Part shown: piece by piece, positions 60,078 to 64,000 of the stretch
Numbering within the stretch: position 1 is the first letter of the stretch
Layout: every line of letters starts with the position of its first letter
Assembly: GCA_965263035.1 (NCBI GenBank)
Contig: OZ253580.1
Coordinates: 3,456,001 to 3,520,000 of the forward strand
Origin: Acidobacteriota bacterium
GTDB lineage: Bacteria > Acidobacteriota > UBA6911 > RPQK01 > JAJDTT01
Direction of reading: 5' to 3'
DNA: 64,000 bases
Made by a program: the position numbers and the translations under genes
Notes under the pieces: model-generated
The model's database searches: none
What the model was told of the DNA's origin: nothing
The model's input: the letters and a program-made list of their open reading frames with translations, nothing else

Positions 60078-61562
60078 ATGAGCTCTTTGAGGGAAAAAAT
60101 TCTTGAATCGCGTCGAGACTTCCTGACCAGCAGCGCCAGCGGTCTGGGCGGTATCGCCCTGGCGACGATGCTGGCCGAGCAGGGGTTGCTGGCGCAGGCC
60201 AATGCCGCCGGGGCCGTCCGCAAGCGGATGAAGTCCACCCATTTCCCGGCCCAGGCCAAGAGCTGCATCTTTCTCTTCATGGCCGGGGCCCCCAGCCAGA
60301 TCGACCTCTTCGATCCGAAGCCGAAACTGACCGAGCTGAACGGCCAGCCCATGCCCGAGTCCATGCTGGAGAAGGTCCGGTTCGCCTTCATCAAGAAGGA
60401 GTCGGCCGTGCTGATGGGCAGCAATGCCGGGTTTCGCAAGTATGGCGAATCGGGCACCCGGATCTCCGACTATCTTCCCAACATCGGCGGATGTGCCGAC
60501 GACATCGCCTTGATCCGGTCGATGCATACCGAGGCCTTCAACCATCACCCGGGGCAGTTGATGATGAATTCAGGGGTGCCCACCTTCGGCCGGCCGTCGA
60601 TGGGTTCCTGGATCAACTACGGCCTGGGCAGCGAATCGGAGGACCTTCCCGGTTACGTGGTCCTGACCGCCGGTGCCGGCACCAGCGGGGGTGCGTCCAA
60701 CTGGTCCAGCGGCTTCCTGCCCTCCAGTTACGAGGGGGTGCTCTTCCGGAACCAGGGAGACCCGGTGCTGCACCTGTCCAATCCCGAGGGCCTGCCGCAC
60801 GAGTGCCAGCGCCGGAGCCTGGACGCCTTGAAGCAGCTCAACCAGCAGCACTACAAGCAGTCCCGCGATCCCGAGATCCTGTCTCGAATCGCCGCCTACG
60901 AGTTGGCGTACCGAATGCAGGCGGCCACGCCGGAACTCATCGACCTTTCTCAGGAGAGTGAGAAGACGTTGGAGATGTACGGAGTCAACCGGAACGATCC
61001 CGAAGGCAGCCAAGGTCGGGGCTTCATCAACGGGGTGTTCGGCACCTACGCGCGCAACTGTCTGCTGGCGCGGCGACTGGTGGAACGGGGCGTTCGATTC
61101 GTCAACGTCTATCACGCCTCATGGGATCACCACAGTGGCCTGGACCGCCAATTGCCCGTCAACTGCCAGATCGTCGACCAGCCGGTGGCCGCCCTCATCC
61201 AGGACCTGAAGCAACGGGGCATGCTGGACGAGACGCTCGTCGTCTGGGCTGCGGAATTCGGCCGGACCCCGTTGGCGGAGAACAATGGAGGAGAAGACGA
61301 AATCAACACCGGCCGGGATCACCACCCCTTCGCCTTCAGCGTCTTCATGGCGGGCGGGGGCATCCAGGGAGGGCAGGTCATCGGCAGCACGGACGACATC
61401 GGCTGGGGAGTCGAGGAGGAGCCCGTCTCCGTCAATGACTTTCATGCGACGATCCTCCACCTCTTCGGCATCGACCACCTGCAATTGACTCACCGTTTTC
61501 AGGGACGCGACTTCCGGCTGACCGACGTCGGCGGTGAGGTGGTCAAGAAACTGTTGGCGTAG
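60078..61562 (+). CDS. DUF1501 domain protein
   Basis: SRRDFL, AGAPSQIDLFDPKP, GRPSMGSW..YGLGSE, CLLARRLVERGVRFV, WDHH, EFGRTP, GRDHHP. Confidence 0.93.
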   Translation: MSSLREKILESRRDFLTSSASGLGGIALATMLAEQGLLAQANAAGAVRKRMKSTHFPAQAKSCIFLFMAGAPSQIDLFDPKPKLTELNGQPMPESMLEKVRFAFIKKESAVLMGSNAGFRKYGESGTRISDYLPNIGGCADDIALIRSMHTEAFNHHPGQLMMNSGVPTFGRPSMGSWINYGLGSESEDLPGYVVLTAGAGTSGGASNWSSGFLPSSYEGVLFRNQGDPVLHLSNPEGLPHECQRRSLDALKQLNQQHYKQSRDPEILSRIAAYELAYRMQAATPELIDLSQESEKTLEMYGVNRNDPEGSQGRGFINGVFGTYARNCLLARRLVERGVRFVNVYHASWDHHSGLDRQLPVNCQIVDQPVAALIQDLKQRGMLDETLVVWAAEFGRTPLAENNGGEDEINTGRDHHPFAFSVFMAGGGIQGGQVIGSTDDIGWGVEEEPVSVNDFHATILHLFGIDHLQLTHRFQGRDFRLTDVGGEVVKKLLA

Positions 61563-61583
61563 GGGCGCCCCTCGTGGGCGCCC
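61559..61583. repeat. GTAG-family REP
   Basis: GTAGGGGCGCCCCTCGTGGGCGCCC. Confidence 0.7.
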
Positions 61584-61653
61584 TCTTAAGTCGTCTCAGG
61601 AGCGGCGTCCCTCCCATAGCCGGAAGTCCTGAAATCGTGTAAATTTGGGTGTC

Positions 61654-62661
61654 ATGTTGAAGAATCCGCGATTGTTTTTCTCCGTTTTTTTGCTGGCTAT
61701 GGCGGTGGCCGCCGTCCCAGCCTACCCGTCCTCACTTCAGGAAAAGAAGCAGTCTGAAGAAGACGACGAACGCCTGGACAAGCCGCTGGACAAGCCGCTG
61801 GACGAGACCCTGGACGAGCCCCGCACGGTGGGCAAGCCCAGGTCTCGCGCGGAGTACAGGGCGTGGCAGGAGATCGCAGAGACTGATGATCTTCGCAAGC
61901 AAGCCGGGCTGGCCGAGAAATTCCTGAAGAAATTTCCCGACAGCGGACTGACAGCTTGGGCCCACCGTGCTCTGGCCAACGCCGCTTTTGACCGGAATGA
62001 CATCGATCGCTTCATTCGGCACGGGGAAGAGGCTCTGCTCGAACTTCCCGATACACCCGAGCTGCTGGCGCCGCTGGCGAATATCTACTCCGAAAGCAAG
62101 AGGATCGACCGGGCGGCCGATTACGCCGCCCGGGGACTCCAACTGTTGGATCAGATGGAGAAACCGATGGGCCAGGACACGGCCGACTGGGTTGCCATGA
62201 AGCAGGGACTGGCGGCGGATGCGCATTATGCTCTGGGCCGATCCATCCTGGAAAAGTGGACCAAGTCTCCGAACAAACCGGTCAAGGACCTCGAGGAAGC
62301 GGTGGAACATCTGAAGCAGACTCTGAAGCTGAATCCCGGACACGGTTATGCCGCGTTCCGTCTCGGATTTGCCGCGTCCCGGACCCACGACTACGATACG
62401 GCCCTGTTGGCCTATGCGCGCGCGTCGGTAGTGGAAGGACCGGCGGCGGAATCGGCCAAGGGGCATGTGAGGAGGCTCCACGACGGTCTGCGAAACGTTC
62501 CCAATTCCCGGTGGGCCTCGACCAACGCCAGCAATATCATCAGGGACGAGAGAGAGCGGCTCGCGGCAGAGATGGACGCGAAGGAGCAGGAGTACTCGCG
62601 CCTGGCCGCGGAGTACGACAGCGCCGCGCCTGATATAACCGCCCCGCCGTCTCTGGAGTGA
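61654..62661 (+). CDS. Exported TPR-like helical protein
   Basis: Signal peptide; EKFLKKFPDS, AHYALG, AAFRLG, AYARA helical repeats. Confidence 0.7.
   Translation: MLKNPRLFFSVFLLAMAVAAVPAYPSSLQEKKQSEEDDERLDKPLDKPLDETLDEPRTVGKPRSRAEYRAWQEIAETDDLRKQAGLAEKFLKKFPDSGLTAWAHRALANAAFDRNDIDRFIRHGEEALLELPDTPELLAPLANIYSESKRIDRAADYAARGLQLLDQMEKPMGQDTADWVAMKQGLAADAHYALGRSILEKWTKSPNKPVKDLEEAVEHLKQTLKLNPGHGYAAFRLGFAASRTHDYDTALLAYARASVVEGPAAESAKGHVRRLHDGLRNVPNSRWASTNASNIIRDERERLAAEMDAKEQEYSRLAAEYDSAAPDITAPPSLE
61774..61821 (+). repeat. 12-bp coding tandem repeat (4 copies)
   Basis: CTGGACAAGCCG x2, CTGGACGAGACC, CTGGACGAGCCC = LDKP LDKP LDET LDEP. Confidence 0.8.
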
Positions 62662-62803
62662 TCCGCCGCAAGCAGTTTTCTTCCCCAGCGGACAGATGTG
62701 GGGAATGACGGGTTCGCGGTGCCCCATTCGTCACCTGAGGTCGCCGCGGCTCGTCTTTTGGGTCGAGGCCCGGCTCTTGATTTTTCCCTGAGGACCGATC
62801 GAC

Positions 62804-63544
62804 ATGAAACTGACGGAAGACGTCTATCTGGTGGGCGGCGGCGACACCGGTTTCAACATCTCCAATCGGATGGACTGCCACGTGTTCGTGATTCGGGGGG
62901 AGCACGAACTGGCTCTGGTGGACGCCGGGTTCGACGGGCCCGGGAAGATCCTGAGCAACATCGAGAACGATGGCCTGGACCCGGGAAAGATCGGGCGCAT
63001 CTTCGTCACCCATTATCATGCCGACCATGTGGGGGCCCTGGCCCAGTTGAAGCGCGAATTGGGCGCTACCGTCATCGCCGGAAAGGAAGCGGCGCCGACG
63101 ATCCGAAACGGAGACGCGGAACAGACCGGTCTGGCCTGGGCCCAAGAGTTCGGCTTTTATCCGCCGGAGTTCCGCTGGGAGGCTTGTGAAGTCGAGGAGG
63201 AAATGGCGGACGGGGACAGGTTCGAGGCTGGAGGTCTGGAACTCACCTCCATCGCCACGCCGGGTCACTGCAGCGGCCACTATTCCCTCCTCTTGAAGGG
63301 CCGGGACCGGACCTATCTGCTGGCCGGGGATCAAGTGTTCTGGGGCGGTGCGGTGGTCCTCCAGAACGTCCGTGATTCGAGCATTCAGGACTGTGCGGCC
63401 TCCATGCAGAAGCTGCTGAACTACGAGTTCGACGCTCTGCTCCCGTCGCATCTGGCTTTTTCTCTGGAGCGCGGCAAGCGCCACGTCGAGGCAGGAGCCA
63501 AGGCGTTCGAACAGACCGGCCTCCCCCGGAACCTCTTCGGTTGA
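62804..63544 (+). CDS. MBL-fold metallo-hydrolase
   Basis: LVDAG, THYHADHVG, TPGHCSGH, AGD, LLPSH. Confidence 0.9.
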   Translation: MKLTEDVYLVGGGDTGFNISNRMDCHVFVIRGEHELALVDAGFDGPGKILSNIENDGLDPGKIGRIFVTHYHADHVGALAQLKRELGATVIAGKEAAPTIRNGDAEQTGLAWAQEFGFYPPEFRWEACEVEEEMADGDRFEAGGLELTSIATPGHCSGHYSLLLKGRDRTYLLAGDQVFWGGAVVLQNVRDSSIQDCAASMQKLLNYEFDALLPSHLAFSLERGKRHVEAGAKAFEQTGLPRNLFG

Positions 63545-63584
63545 TTCGAGTAGACTTGTGCCGTTTTACCGGATGCCGGTTCTG

Positions 63585-64000
63585 ATGAAAGGCAGGAAAG
63601 GTTTGGCGAGACTGCCGGTCTGGGGCCTCCCCATGCTGGTGCTGGCCGCGTCGGCTACCTCCGGAGGCGCAGGACAGGATTCGTCCTCCAAGGGATTCTT
63701 TCTGGAAGTCCCCTATGTCCGCCAGGCGGACAACTACTGCGGTCCCGCCGTGCTCGCCATGCTCCTGCGCTACTGGAATCATCCGGCCGATCACCGTGAA
63801 CTGGCGGGACGTTTCCAGCCCTTTCCGAAAAAGGGCCTGAGCGGTCTCGAACTGAAGGAGCTGGCGGCCGCGGAGGGGTTCCAGGCCTACTCCTTTGCCG
63901 GCGACACTCCCGAAATGCTTGAGCACCTGCGGCAGGGACGGCCTCTGATCACCGTGATCGACCCTTCCGTCCTGACGGCCAACAATCACTACGTGGTGCT
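63585..64000 (+). CDS. C39-like cysteine peptidase family protein (3' partial)
   Basis: Read directly from the sequence: signal peptide then LEVPYVRQADNYCGPAVLAMLLRYW...GRPLI...HYVV, running off the window end. Confidence 0.8.
   Translation, partial: MKGRKGLARLPVWGLPMLVLAASATSGGAGQDSSSKGFFLEVPYVRQADNYCGPAVLAMLLRYWNHPADHRELAGRFQPFPKKGLSGLELKELAAAEGFQAYSFAGDTPEMLEHLRQGRPLITVIDPSVLTANNHYVV

Noticed and set aside
63243-63989. 248-aa minus-strand ORF at the window end
   Set aside because: Antisense to the MBL gene and to the plus-strand C39-like peptidase, which the ORF track missed because it runs off the window

Overview
GC-rich bacterial chromosomal window. A GWxTD protein, many CRTAC1/ASPIC-UnbV and TPR proteins and DUF1501 operons suggest Acidobacteriota (inference). 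It is dominated by exported or periplasmic proteins: five FG-GAP/ASPIC-UnbV beta-propellers with TPR neighbours, three DUF1549/DUF1553-DUF1501 operons (two with a PPC-domain gene), a 7-CxxCH multiheme-TPR fusion, two sulfatases, two BNR/Asp-box paralogues and several carbohydrate oxidoreductases. The most notable feature is in the first gene (FG-GAP/UnbV + CPPC redoxin + TPR). It reads in one frame across a TGA at 222-224 (..TKDL*SFLWRQVV..) that is immediately followed by a bacterial-SECIS-like hairpin, making it a candidate selenoprotein that the ORF caller split. Also present are a REP-associated tyrosine transposase (RAYT) broken by an amber codon, with about 10 dispersed REP-like hairpin clusters whose feet often supply neighbouring genes' stop codons, a HipA-like kinase/HIRAN two-gene cassette, a low-GC nucleosidase insert and several gene remnants. 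No rRNA, tRNA or CRISPR array was seen. All family assignments come from motif recognition, not database searches.
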